Of a DNA stretch of 64,000 nt, positions 11,053 to 22,588 are shown piece by piece. The position numbers and the translations under genes were made by a program. The notes beneath the pieces are model-generated. The model did no database searches. It worked only from the letters and a program-made list of their open reading frames with translations, and was not told the origin of the DNA. Each line of letters starts with the position of its first letter. The first letter of the stretch is position 1. The DNA comes from Chrysochromulina tobinii (Eukaryota), in NCBI GenBank assembly GCA_001275005.1, contig JWZX01003377.1, forward strand, positions 1-64,000. Direction: 5' to 3'.

Positions 11053-12450
11053 ATGCCGATAGCTGTCGCGAGGACAGCAATGATGCACATCGGGCGTGCT
11101 GGCTCTTCTGCGTGTCCGCTGGCCCGCATGCTCTCCACCAACGTCGCGGTCTCTCCACGTGTGCAGCTGCTGCGCCAACGCTTCGCCGTCGAGGCGCTGT
11201 CACCTCAGGACTTCATCGCAGGGAAGCCAATGCCCGTTGCTCCTGATCGGTCCTCCGCTCGCGCCGACAAGACAGCCACGCACGCCGACCACTCCGTCGC
11301 GCGGGCCGCCGTCGAGCTTCGGCGGCAGGACATTCCAGCCGCTGCGGCCACACCCTTCGTTGACCCGGCGCTCTCCGATCGCTTCATGCGGAACCACACG
11401 TACCTGCGCATCTCGCTCACGGAGCGCTGCTCGCTTCGCTGCGTGTACTGTATGCCCGAGAACGGCGTCGACCTGACGCCCGACGCGCGGCTCCTCCGCA
11501 CGGATGAGATGATGCGCATCGCGCGCCTCCTCGTCAATGCGGGCGTCAACAAGATCCGCCTGACCGGCGGAGAGCCTACGGTGAGGCGCGACCTGCCGGA
11601 GATCGTGGGCGGCTTGAACACACTGCGCCCAAACGGGCTGCGCCAGATTGCGCTCACGAGCAATGGCATCGCGCTGCCGCGCATGCTCCCATCCCTCGTG
11701 CTCAACGGCCTCGATCGCCTCAACATCTCGATCGATACTCTCGACCGCGACCGTTTCATCAAGATCACGCGCCGTGACGGGCTCCCGCGCGTGCTCGAGG
11801 CAATTGACCTCGCGCTCGAGCTCGGCCTCGCGCCCCTGAAGCTCAACTGCGTCCTTATGGCTGGCGTCAACGACGACGAGCTGCTCGCCCTCGCGGAGCT
11901 CTCCCGCGCTCGCCCGATCGACGTGCGCTTCATCGAGTACATGCCCTTTGACGGCAACAGGTGCGGAGACGCACGATGGGTCCCTCGGAGTGCCTCGAAA
12001 TGCCTCTGAGTCGCCTCTGATCGCCTCCGATTGCCATTGATGGCCTCCCTCATCAGGTGGAAGCACGAAAGCATGATGCCGTTTGAGGACATGCTTGGGC
12101 GGCTCAAACGCGAGCACCCGACGCTCGCGAAGCAGCCGACGCCCGCAAACGACGTGGCTGTCTCCTGGAAGCTCCCCGAGTCCGCCGGGTCAGTTTCGTT
12201 CATCGCGTCGATGACGCAACCGTTTTGTGGAAGCTGTAACCGAATTCGTTTAACTGCCGACGGGAGCCTCAAGGTGTGCCTCTTCGGCAGCCGTGAGGTG
12301 TCACTGCGCGACGCGATGCGCGAAGGCGCGACGGACGCGGAGCTGCTCGAGCTCGTGGGCGGCGCGCTCCAACGCAAGCACGCGGCGCATGCGGGCATGC
12401 ATGCGATCGCCGCGACGAAGAATCGTCCAATGACGACAATAGGTGGCTGA
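11053..12450 (+). CDS. CNX2: GTP 3',8-cyclase (molybdenum cofactor biosynthesis, MoaA/CNX2/MOCS1A), 2 exons: 11053-11960, 12057-12450
   Basis: Radical SAM motif YLRISLTERCSLRCVYC, LTGGEP, IEYMPFDGN, C-terminal CGSCNRIRLTADGSLKVCL and terminal IGG*. GT-AG intron 11961-12056 joins NR|WK in frame. Confidence 0.95.
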
Positions 12451-12716
12451 GACCTATCTGAGAGTGCGAGCGTGCGGTCTGTGTTGACCCTGCAGCTCAC
12501 CGGCATCGAACGGTCGGATAAAGGAGGTGACTCAAATGCGAGGGACTCTGAGTCCTCTGTGTGCTCATCTGATGAGCGATACATGTATCCGCTGGTGCCA
12601 TGCTCTAGATTGAGAAAAGCCAGTCTCTCACATCGGCTGTGGAATCAGAGCGACCGGTAGGTGGAGAGTTGAGACACTCTCGCTCGCGCATTTTCTCAGA
12701 GACACCCCCGACAAAC

Positions 12717-13643
12717 ATGCGCTACACCATCCTCGCCGCGTCGATCGCGGCCATGCACGCGCTCGACATGAGCTCGGCACCCTTTCTGCAGCGCCCGCAG
12801 CTGGGTGCGCATCGTGCGAGTATGCTTATCGCACAGGCAGGAGCTGTTGCAGCGCCACCGCTCCTCGCGCTGCCGCTCGACGGCTTCAATGGCGCCGTGG
12901 CTGCCGGCGAGAAGAAGGCGAACATGCCCGCCGATAAAATCTTTCATCTTGGTATCCTCTCCGGTGCTCACATCGGCTTCGGTGCCTTCCTCATGCTTTC
13001 GATCGGTGGTGCATGCCCTGGCCTCGCGGCAACCAACCCGGGGCTGCAGAAGATCGTCCTCGGCGCCTTTGGCCTGCCCTTCGGGCTGATGATGACCCTC
13101 CTCTCGGGCGGGGAGCTCTTCACCGGCAACACCGCCCTCGTAACGATGGCGCTTCTCGAGGGCAAGGCTACGATGGGCCAGCTCATCAAGTCATGGTCGG
13201 CCTCGTTTGCGGGCAACTTCGTCGGTTCCGTTCTGCTCGCCGTGCTCGTCTTTTACGGCAACACGCTTTCGGGCGGAGGCGCCTCGATCGCCGTCTCGGC
13301 CGCGAAGACGTCTCTTACGTTCACGCAGGCCTTCGTGCGCGGCGTCCTGTGCAACTGGCTCGTCACCATGGCCGTGTACCTCGCCTCGTTTGCGAAGGAT
13401 ACCGCGGGCAAGATGGTGCCGATCTGGTTCTGCATCTCTGCCTTCGTGGCGCTTGGGCTCGAGCACTCGATAGCGAACATGTTCATCATCCCACTCGGCA
13501 TCTTCTCTGGCGCTTCCGTCTCGTGGCCCACCTTCCTTTTGAAGAACCTCCTCCCCGTCACGTTGGGCAACACTTTCGGCGGCGCCGTCTGCGTGGCCCT
13601 CGCCTTCTGCATGGCGTACGGCAAGCTCAGCAAGAAGGAGTGA
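12717..13643 (+). CDS. NAR1: Formate/nitrite transporter (plastid nitrite transporter NAR1 family)
   Basis: FNT motifs LPFGL, GGELFTGN, GNFVGS, RGVLCNWLV, GLEHSIANMF, VTLGNTFGG. Signal-peptide-like leader. Confidence 0.92.
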   Translation: MRYTILAASIAAMHALDMSSAPFLQRPQLGAHRASMLIAQAGAVAAPPLLALPLDGFNGAVAAGEKKANMPADKIFHLGILSGAHIGFGAFLMLSIGGACPGLAATNPGLQKIVLGAFGLPFGLMMTLLSGGELFTGNTALVTMALLEGKATMGQLIKSWSASFAGNFVGSVLLAVLVFYGNTLSGGGASIAVSAAKTSLTFTQAFVRGVLCNWLVTMAVYLASFAKDTAGKMVPIWFCISAFVALGLEHSIANMFIIPLGIFSGASVSWPTFLLKNLLPVTLGNTFGGAVCVALAFCMAYGKLSKKE

Positions 13644-14185
13644 GGCGACTGTTTTGCGGAAGGATCACACGCGTGTAAACGACAACAAAAATGTGACAGC
13701 TCGACCACGAACACGACGCGACAGGCCAAGAACGTCAACGAGCAGGCACAGCGCTGCCTCAAGTATAATAACGTGATATTGTAGAAATAGATATGCCCGT
13801 TGTAGGGTGTATTGGTCTAAGTGTCGGATTTTCTGGTTAACGTTTTTCCCCAACCGTCACGGGCAGCTGTCGCCCGCACCCTTTGCTGCGCCGACCCATC
13901 GGGGGAAATCGGGGGAGCAGCGAAGTGCCAGACTACCGTCGAGATTTGTGCGAATCAAAACCGGAACCGTGTGCCTCGTCCGCTCTCCGCAACTCCGGAC
14001 CGCACACATCGTGAAGCGCGCACACAATCTTCACCTGAGGAGCCGCTCTGCTCCGAACGGCGCGAAGAGAAACGGCACGTCACAAGAGCACCCACCGGCC
14101 CACCGCGAGCCGCAGCATCGTCGGCTGCAGCCGAGAGCAAACGAGATCTCCTCTCGATCTCGACCTCCCTCTGCATCTCATCTCT

Positions 14186-16683
14186 TCAGGCAGGTACAGG
14201 CTCGACGTACACGCGCTTTTCCTTGACATAGAGGTAGCGCTGACCGAGGGCCCTCGCCGTCGCCGCGGCGTCCTCATACACGAGCGCAGCGTACCATGGG
14301 CCACCGTCCGGTTTGGCCGGCGTGGGTGCGGCGCGCGTACCTCCTATGGCGTGAGGATAACGACGCTCATCAGTGGCACTCAATGGCAATCAGTGGCGCA
14401 CCTCCTTAGGGGTCCAGCGAAGCTCATCAGTGGGAATCCATGGCACTCCATGGCCATCAGTGGCGCACCTCCTAAGGGGTCCTGAGATTCGAGCGTGACG
14501 CGCGAGATCGTGCCATACGGCTGGAAGCTCGTGCGGATGGCTGTGAGGTCGAGCGGGGCCTGGCGACACTCGATGGCGAGGGTGCGCGGGACGCCGGCCG
14601 AAGCAATGGCCGCCGCGATGGCGTGGCGCTTGCCTTGAAGATGCTCATCCAGCTGCTTGGTGCCGCTGAAGCAGACGCCGCACACCTCGCAGCCTGGGCC
14701 GCTTACCTGCCGCTTCTTGCGGGTCGATTGGCCGTCGGCACCGACAGCGCCCACGACGGCGCCCACACCGACGGCGGGTGAGGGCGCTGAGGCCGCTCTT
14801 GCCGCTGCCGCGTCGCCGTCGCTCACGGCCGCGGCGAGCGCCGCACTGGCGGCCGTATTGGCGGCCGCATTGGCGGCTGCGTTGGCGGCCGCATTGGCGG
14901 CCGTATTGGCGCCCTTAGTGCGCTTGTCGGCCTTGTGAGTCTTGGCAAGGGCCATCAGCCTGTCCCAACGCTCGCGGCCGCCGGGCACGTCTCGAAAGTC
15001 GCCCGCACGGCTCTCACTGGCTAGCAGCACTGGGGCGGCGAGGGCTCCTTGCTCGAGACCCGTCCAAAGCGCCTCGTACACAAGCCAAATATGCCACACG
15101 TCCGCGGCGGCATACGAGGCCGCCGCCGCGCTGAGCGGTAGGGTTCGAAAGGGCGAGTGACCAGCGTCGAAGAGCGCGCCGAATCTCTCCTTGAGCTCCG
15201 CCACCGGAGCGGCGACCTCTCGCGGGCAGTACGTGGCGGCGAGGCGCGAGAGGCCGGTAGGGTATGGCAGTCCACGGTCGACGAGTTGCTTGTCGGCTGC
15301 GGCTGCCTTTGCCGGGGTCGCGTATTGGCGGCGCATCTCGGCGGCGAGCGAGACTACTCGAGTGAGCTCGCCGGTGGTCGCGGCATGGCAGAGTTGCACG
15401 TCGAGCACGCCCTGCAGTCTGATGCCCATCAGGTACTGGAGGGCGTGCGAGTCGGCTCGTGGGTCGCACATGACCTTGAGATGACGTGGAGACTCGAGCC
15501 ACGGGCGAAGGAGCGCTGCGAGTGGCTCACGTGGGAGAGAGGCGACGTGGACGAGCAGCACCGCGTCGACCGAGGGCAGGTAGACCTGGAGCAGGTCGAT
15601 AGCACACGTGGCAGAGGGCGTGAGATCGCCCTCGAGATCGAGGGCCACCAACGGCTCCGCCTGTATCGCCAGCAGCGCCAACCCCACCTCGAGCATCGAG
15701 CGCAGCAGCCGCACGCCGTGCTTGGGCGCGCTGGCCGCCACGGCGCTATCCGCCTCGGTGGTGGCCATGGCGGCGGCGGCGGCGGCCTCGATGGTTGCCT
15801 TGAGCTGCTTGATCTGCGGCTGCAGCTCGGCCGCCTTTGCATAGTCCTCGGCCGCCACCGCACGCTCGAGCGCCGCTTGAAACTCGGCCAGGCGCGAAGG
15901 GGCTGCCGTGGGCGGAGGCCAGGCGGCCGTATACGGGGCGCCCGAGAGCATCTGATGAGCGACGCGCGCGCCTCGGCTGAGGAATAACTCCCCACAGTCG
16001 GCGCACTTGAACTGCGTGCCGTTGGCTGTGAGCGCCGCGAGGGCGACGGGCGCAGCTGGCGAGGGCAGTGCCGCCGGTGGCGCGACGCGAGTCGCGGCCA
16101 AGCCAAGGATGGCGGCGGAGGACGAGCTGGGCGCGGCGTGGTTGGGAGCCGCTGCTGCTGGCGGCTGCACGACGACGCCGGTCGCTGCGCGAGGCGAGGC
16201 GCCGGCGCTTTGGTCGACCCGCGGGCGCTTTACTCGATCGTCTCCCTCGCCCGCTTGCGTCGTCATCTTACGCTTCTCAATGCGACGCTGGGCTTGGCCC
16301 GGCGACTTTTTCCTCTTCTCTCCGGGCGTGGTCTGCGCGGCCGCGGCTGGAGTAGACGACGTGGCACAGGCCGGTGCCGCAGCCGGGGTAGGAGCGGCGG
16401 CCCGAGCGGCGACCGCCACGGGCGCTGGCACGGGTGCGGATGCGGGTGCGGGTGCGGGTGCGAGTGCGGGTGCGGGTGCGGGAGTGCGCGCCGCCGGCGC
16501 AGGCAGATTGGGCGGCCCCGGTTCCAGTGCTGCCACAGGAGGAGGGGTGGCCACCACGGATGGCGGCGGAGGCTGCCATTCTGCCGGCGTAGTGGCGGTC
16601 ACCCCACGGGTAACGCACCGCTTGCACAAGCCGCCATCGCTGCCAGGGGGCAGTGAGCGACGGCAGCGTGAGCATGTCGACAT
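14186..16683 (-). CDS. 3'-5' exonuclease (DEDDy, EXD1/Egalitarian-like) with zinc fingers, a UVR-like coil and a C-terminal RRM; 2 exons: 16683-14469, 14343-14186
   Basis: Exonuclease motifs VALDLEG, KVMCDPRADS, VLDVQL, YAAADV. Zinc fingers CADCG..H and CEVCG..HLQGKRH. Intron 14468-14344 restores the RRM (FQPYGTISRV...YAALVYED...LYV). Confidence 0.78.
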
Positions 16684-16961
16684 CGCCTGTTCCGTCCACA
16701 AAAACGAGACACGTCGCCGGGGTTTTCCAAAAGGATACTAATCGCATCCCCTTCGGGGGTGCTGCGATCGAGGTCGGACCGAGGACTGACCGGTGCATGC
16801 TTGTCCCTGTCGGACAAGTACATGAGACAAGTTCTCCCCTTGAGGCGATCGACTCGCGTTGATTCCGTGCGAATCTCCCCTTGTCTTGTCAACTTCCGAG
16901 AATTCCGAACAGGTTCGCACGGCGTGTCGCTTCTTGACACGGAATTACCGACGGCCAGCAC

Positions 16962-18210
16962 ATGGACGCCACCAAAACGAGCATGGTTGCCTCTACGAGC
17001 CAATACGCGATGACCACCGAGATGACCGGAACGACGCGCGAGAACGACGAGTGGCTGCGCGACGCCTTCGACGCGCTCGTCTCCGAGTCGGCCGAGCTGC
17101 CGCCCGATCAGCGTTTGTATCATGTACGACGCGGTCGACGAGTCCGAGGTGCGCGAGCTCATGGGGCTCGTCTTCCGCAAGCGGCTGGACGCACGGCGCA
17201 ACACGAAGCCCAAGAAATCCGACGACCAGCTCCTCGTCTGCACGCCCTTCAACCCGAACGGCTTCCATTTCGGCAAGATCCAGAACGAACGCGAGCGCAT
17301 CGTCAAGCTGCAGCTGAGCGCATCGTCAAGCTACAGCGTGTTGACCAACAAGTTCCCGCTCTTCCCGAGGCACATGCTGCTGACTGCCGACGCGCTCGTG
17401 CCGCAGCAGATGAACGCCACTCACCTGCGCGCCATCTGCGAGCTCCAGCGGAAGTCCAGCTTCTGCGCATATTTCAACTCGTGGTGTGCGAGCGCGTCCA
17501 TCAACCACTTCCACGTGCACCTGATCGACGAGTTCCCGCCGGTGACGTCGTTCCCGCTGATAGCGGGCCCGCTCGTGATGGGCGTGCGCTGCCTCCAGCC
17601 TGAGGGCTTCCCGGGCTTTTGCTACGTCTTCCCCAAGAGCGCCGCGTTACCGATCGTGGACACGATCATCTCGGCGATGCAGGTGGACAACCAACCGCAC
17701 AACTTGCTCTTCACGCCGCGGTTCATCTACGTGTTCCCCAAGCCGCACGTGCGCCCTGCGAGGTCTTTCGAGCTCTACCCCGAGACCGTCGGAGGGCCCG
17801 AGCTCATCGGCTCGTTCACAGTCTACAACCGTGAAGTGTACGACGGTCTGCAGCTCGAGCACATCGCTGAGCTGTGCCGCATCAATACGGCACCGCTGCC
17901 CTCGTGCGTGCTGCTCATGCCGGCGAGCTCGAGCTTGGGCGACGAGGCCGCGGTGGTGGGCACGGCGCGTGCGCACGACGACTTGAGTATGACCGAGACC
18001 GCCACGGTCAAGCGGCTAGGGGGCAGCATCCCAAACGTGAGCGTCACCACCGGCATGCTGCCCTCGCTCCCGCTGCAGCGCACACGGTCCGAGGGCATGC
18101 CCTCGATACCGTTGCAGCGCGATCGCTCGCTGCACATGGAAGACTGGCCGCAGGACCGACCGATTGCGCGCGCGCTCAACTCGAACATCAACAAGGACTC
18201 CATCGCATGA
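16962..18210 (+). CDS. HIT-superfamily nucleotide phosphorylase/hydrolase (GDP-hexose phosphorylase VTC2/GDPGP1-like or Ap4A phosphorylase-like), apparent +1 frameshift at ~17114
   Basis: PFNPNGFHFGKI, NKFPLFPRHMLL, YFNSWCASASINHFHVH. The 16962 frame joins the 17122 frame if one T is removed from cgtttgtatc. Alternatively the gene starts at ATG 17122. Confidence 0.72.
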
Positions 18211-18544
18211 GATTATCAGCCCCGACATGAGAACCGCTCCCTTTGCCCCCCTTGCTGGCTGAGCTCTTGAGGTCGTGAGCCCCTTAGCCACAACGCCGTC
18301 TTGCGCGCCCGTCGAGTTGCCGTGTATCGCTGCATACATGTTGTACTCGGATCGCTCGCCACACCTTCTGAGAGTAATTTGCTTACAGTTTCGCGACAGT
18401 GCACAGTGACCACAGTGTCCTCGCACATCTGTGTCGTGGCACGCGTGCGTGCGTCTAGATGGCGAGGTAGCAAATTACTTGGTAAGACTTTTAATGGGTT
18501 GTGGCCGAAAACGGCAAGTTCTCGGATTCGTCAATCGTGTCCCC

Positions 18545-18553
18545 GCGAGAGAC
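18545..18553 (+). promoter_or_regulatory. Candidate nitrate-regulon element GCGAGAGAC upstream of the orphan motif-repeat gene
   Basis: Same core as in the CNX2, NiR, NR and NRT2 promoters. About 48 bp before ATG 18601. Confidence 0.55.
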
Positions 18554-18600
18554 ACTGTGCCAGCGTCTCTGCATCATTGCAAACAAGAAAGCCACAGCTT

Positions 18601-19478
18601 ATGGCCGAGGCGTTGGCCGAGCGGGCTCTGACCGAGGTCGCGACCATGCCGAGGAATGACAGCTCCGTCTGGGACTGGCCAGCAGGCTCGGCGCCCCCCT
18701 CTCAGGGCGCCTCATTGCACAATGGCAACGTGTTTGTTCCAGACAAGCAGGCGTCGCCGCCAGTGTCCCAGGGCAACTCAAAGCACAAGGGCACCCAGTT
18801 CGGTCCCGACGGGCAGTTGCTGGTGTCGTCGATGAAGAAGTCCCCATCCACGCTGTGGTTCTGGGAGACCAAGGAGTCCTCTTTGCCCTCTTCGCGCAAC
18901 AACTCGGTGCGCAAGGGCACCGCTTTTTCTGAGAGTGTCTTTGGCGAGCACCCGGAGAGACCTTCGCGCAACAACTCGCTGCGCGGCGGTAACGCGTTTG
19001 CAGGGGGCATCGCCGAAGAAACTACCGCACCGACGAACGCACCGATGAAGCGCAACAGCTCCTTCTCCTTCCTGTGGAACTGGGGCAAGTATCGCCGGGA
19101 TGGTGAGGACGCCCCTGGCAAGGAGGCCGAGAGCGAGGATAGCGTCGCAGCTTCAAGGATTTCGGATGCTCGATTCGCGGCAGCTTCGAAGACTTTGGAT
19201 CCAGCCGTCATGCCTCCGAAAGGGATGATGAAGAACCGATCGATCGGTGAGCCGAACGGGACTCCCAAATCGCGCCTCTCCCGCCTCGCACACTGCACTC
19301 GCACACACAGCCGTGCACAGGTCATCATGACGCTTACTCACCCCTTGCACCGTCTGCATTCTTCTTGCATACTTCAGGCTCGTACATGTGGAGCTGGGAT
19401 GCGATGCGCGCCTCGCCACCTAGCTCGCCAGGTGCGTCTGGGCACGCAGGCGCGAAATTCGTCGTCAACGATGAGTGA
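18601..19478 (+). CDS. Orphan 248-aa protein with alternating basic-x-x-S...WxW and S-x-(H/R)-x-G-x-x-F motifs; 2 exons: 18601-19246, 19378-19478
   Basis: GT-AG intron 19247-19377 gives KNRSIG|SYMWSW...SGHAGAKFVVNDE*, which completes further copies of both motifs. This shows the 1170-aa ORF in the track is two genes read through. Confidence 0.75.
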
Positions 19479-19683
19479 CTGGCAGGCACCGGTGCGGGTC
19501 CATCACGTCGCGAAACCGAAATACCGTAACCGCCAACTCTATCCTATTCCCGGGGTAACGAGCACGCGTCGCGTCTCGCAAGAAGTCTTTCACGTGTGTC
19601 GCGTTAAAACATTCACAGAATTGTCGAAATTTATTTCGCGGAGTCGCTCCGCGGTGCGAGGCCACCGCGCTCTATCTACCGCA

Positions 19684-21813
19684 ATGAGTGGAGGCGATGC
19701 GCCCATACCGAGTAGTGAGCTCATTGAGCCGGATCTCCGCGCCATTATCTACCGCAATGACCTGGTTGCCTTGCGACGGCATTTGGCCGAAGTGCCGAGC
19801 AGCATTAGCAATGTCGACTCAAAAGGCCGCAACCTGCTCATGATCGCCGCGTCCGCAGGCGACGCGCGGCTCGAGGTGGTGAGGCTTCTGATTGCGCACC
19901 GTGCCGATGTCAACACGCAGCAGTACCAAGGTATCACGGCCCTTATGTTTGCAAGCATGACCGGCGCGAGCCTCGTGGCTATGCAGCTGCTCGCGGCCAA
20001 GGCCGACACCAAGATCCAGGATGGGCACGGGCTCACGGCGTCAGAATATGCGCGGCTCAAGGGGCACGACGATCTCGTGGCGCTGATGCATCAGCCTCTT
20101 CATATGCGTGCCAACGAGGTCGCTGCGAGCACCCGCCGCGCCACCAACTCATCGGACTCGTCGTCCTCGTCCTCGTCCTCAGCGGCACCGTGCACAGCTG
20201 CGTGTTCTGCTGCGGTCGTTGCGACGGCGAGTGCCTTCGCAAGGTCGAATTTTGTAGCACCGGGAGAGCCGGCGCAGCAGATGCTGCCCGCTGCGCTGCT
20301 CGAGGCGGCACAGGAGGGTGACTGCGACGCAGTGAGGGCATACATAGCATCCGGCGGGCGCGTGGACGCAGTAGACGAGGCATTGCAAGGCTCGATGCTG
20401 CACGCCGCGTGCTCGGCGGGGCACCAGCCGCTCGCTACGCTGCTACTCGCGGCGCGCGCAGCCGTTAATTTGGCCGACGTCAACGGCTGCACTGCCCTCT
20501 CTGTCGCGTGCTTTGCGATGGCGCACGGCTCGGTGCAACTGCTGCTCGATCATGCTGCCTCGGTCAACTGCCAGGATGCCGTCGGGCTGACGCCGCTGAT
20601 GGTGGCGGCACTCTCGGGCTCTGTCCAGCTCACGCGCAGCCTGCTCAGTGCGCACGCCTCGCGCGATCTACGCGACCAGCACGGCCAGACCGCGCTCATG
20701 TACGCACAGACTAAGTCGCATCTCGCCGTTGTGGCTTTGCTCAAGCGGCGGAGCTACAGCCGGGCTGGCGGCGGGCGCGTCGCCGAGCGACGCACGACGC
20801 CGGAGGAGGACGAGCTGGCGGCACGGGCTGCAGACGAGCTTCTCATCGAAGAGGAAGCTGCGGCGGCGCAGGGAGCCGCCGCCGCCGCACGCGCGAAGGC
20901 GAAGCGGCGAGCGAGGAAGAAGAGGCCGAGCGGACACGCTCCAAATGGCGTCGACAACGCTGACTCGAGCGAAGCTTCGTCGATCGACCCCTCTTCGGCT
21001 GAGCCGTCATTTAGCAGTGACGTGTCCGGGGCGGCATTCTCGGTGCCTGTGCGAGCTGACGAGTACGAATACAGCGGCGCCGACTTGTCTGTTCACAGTG
21101 ATCCCTCTTCTGGATCCTCTTCTGATCCTCTGATGAGCCTTCATCGACGAGACACTCTCCTTTCCCCATCCTCTTTGGATGCCGATCCACGTGGCATTGA
21201 GTCGTCTTCCCCTGCACAACGCCTGCACGAACCCCGCGACTCATGCGAGCCAGCGAGGCACGCTGCCTCGCTTGCTGCGCTCACAGGCGCATCTGCCGGA
21301 TCACCGTTGGCTTCGGTTGACCCGCGTTACTTATCTCTCTACTTGGCAGAGGCGGTGGCTGCCGAGGCGGTGGCTGCCGAGGCGGAGGCTGCCGAGGCGG
21401 CGGCTGCCGCGGAGTCTGTGGAGCAACTTGTTGAGAGCCCGACGTCAGTGGAGGACACACCACTGCCACTGCCACCGCCGCCGCCGCCGCCGTCGGTGCC
21501 GGGACCTGCAACAGCACCTTCGCCGCCGCCGCCACCGCCGAGCACACCACCACCACCGCCTTCCAGCGATGCAGCAGCTGCGTCCTCGCTTCAAGCGCAG
21601 CTTGAGGCGCTGCAGTTGCGGCTGCGCGAGCAAGAGGAGCGCATGCTGTGCGTCGTCTGCTTGGAGCGAACACGCTCGCACGTACTCCTGCCCTGCGGAC
21701 ACAAGTGTCTGTGCTCCAGCTGTGTGGATACGGTTCTCGGCACGGGCGCCGATGCAGTGTGCCCCCTGTGCCGCACGCCTATTCAAAAGGCGCAGCGGGT
21801 GTTCGACACGTGA
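19684..21813 (+). CDS. Ankyrin-repeat + C-terminal RING (C3HC4) E3 ubiquitin ligase
   Basis: Two ankyrin clusters (GRNLLMIAA, GITALMFAS, GCTALSVAC, GLTPLMVAA) and the RING CVVC...PCGHKCLCSSC...CPLCR. Confidence 0.85.
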   Translation: MSGGDAPIPSSELIEPDLRAIIYRNDLVALRRHLAEVPSSISNVDSKGRNLLMIAASAGDARLEVVRLLIAHRADVNTQQYQGITALMFASMTGASLVAMQLLAAKADTKIQDGHGLTASEYARLKGHDDLVALMHQPLHMRANEVAASTRRATNSSDSSSSSSSSAAPCTAACSAAVVATASAFARSNFVAPGEPAQQMLPAALLEAAQEGDCDAVRAYIASGGRVDAVDEALQGSMLHAACSAGHQPLATLLLAARAAVNLADVNGCTALSVACFAMAHGSVQLLLDHAASVNCQDAVGLTPLMVAALSGSVQLTRSLLSAHASRDLRDQHGQTALMYAQTKSHLAVVALLKRRSYSRAGGGRVAERRTTPEEDELAARAADELLIEEEAAAAQGAAAAARAKAKRRARKKRPSGHAPNGVDNADSSEASSIDPSSAEPSFSSDVSGAAFSVPVRADEYEYSGADLSVHSDPSSGSSSDPLMSLHRRDTLLSPSSLDADPRGIESSSPAQRLHEPRDSCEPARHAASLAALTGASAGSPLASVDPRYLSLYLAEAVAAEAVAAEAEAAEAAAAAESVEQLVESPTSVEDTPLPLPPPPPPPSVPGPATAPSPPPPPPSTPPPPPSSDAAAASSLQAQLEALQLRLREQEERMLCVVCLERTRSHVLLPCGHKCLCSSCVDTVLGTGADAVCPLCRTPIQKAQRVFDT

Positions 21814-22588
21814 GAAGCCTCCCCTGCCACGGCCGATCGTTCGCGATCCTGCCGCCCGAAACTGATCGCGCGCTTGGCGCGGGAGACCCCTGTCGTTACC
21901 CTGTCGTGTCTCCCCGAGCCGAACCGACGTCGACAAGTCCAAGTCGCATCGTCTCTAGTCTCCGATTATTTCCGGCGCCGGTAATTTGCTCCAATCCGGC
22001 GCGGGCGCCGCGCATGTACCTGATACAGATTTACGAGGAGCCGAGCTACCCGCGGTAAGAATATAAGGCCCGGGGGACCATGCCGGGGACGGCCGCGCGT
22101 GACTCGGTGGTCGCGAATCGCGTACTTCAATTTAGTTGTGGAATGATGAATGTATAATACAGCTGAACTTCTACAGCTGAACTGCTACGCAGCCCTCGTC
22201 GATCCCGAATCCGAGCGGAACACAATCATCGGGACAGGTGCCGCACACGCGACTCGCGTGCACGCACATGTCCATCCGATCCCCCCTCTTGTGCGGCCCA
22301 TGAACTGGGTTGAATGTGCCGGCAAAGTGGTTCCATCACTTCGACTGTCTCAGCAATGCCGGCACCCGAGCCGGCTCCGCATGGTCCTCTTTGTTCTACC
22401 TTCCCACAGAACGCCACCCATTGGCCACCGTCGAGACACGTCGACTAGACGGTCGTCACTCACATCTTGCCGAACGGCTTGCCGAAGAAGCCCTCCCTCC
22501 CTCGTTACGGCCTGCCTGGCTCGCGTCCGGCCATGCTACTCATGAGGTGCGTGTGGTAGTGCAACAGCGCGCCTGCGTAGCTCCTCCC

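Noticed and set aside
18301..21813. 1170-aa ORF as one protein
   Set aside because: It reads through a promoter region, an intron and an intergenic spacer. It is better explained as the 18601-19478 orphan plus the 19684-21813 ANK-RING gene.
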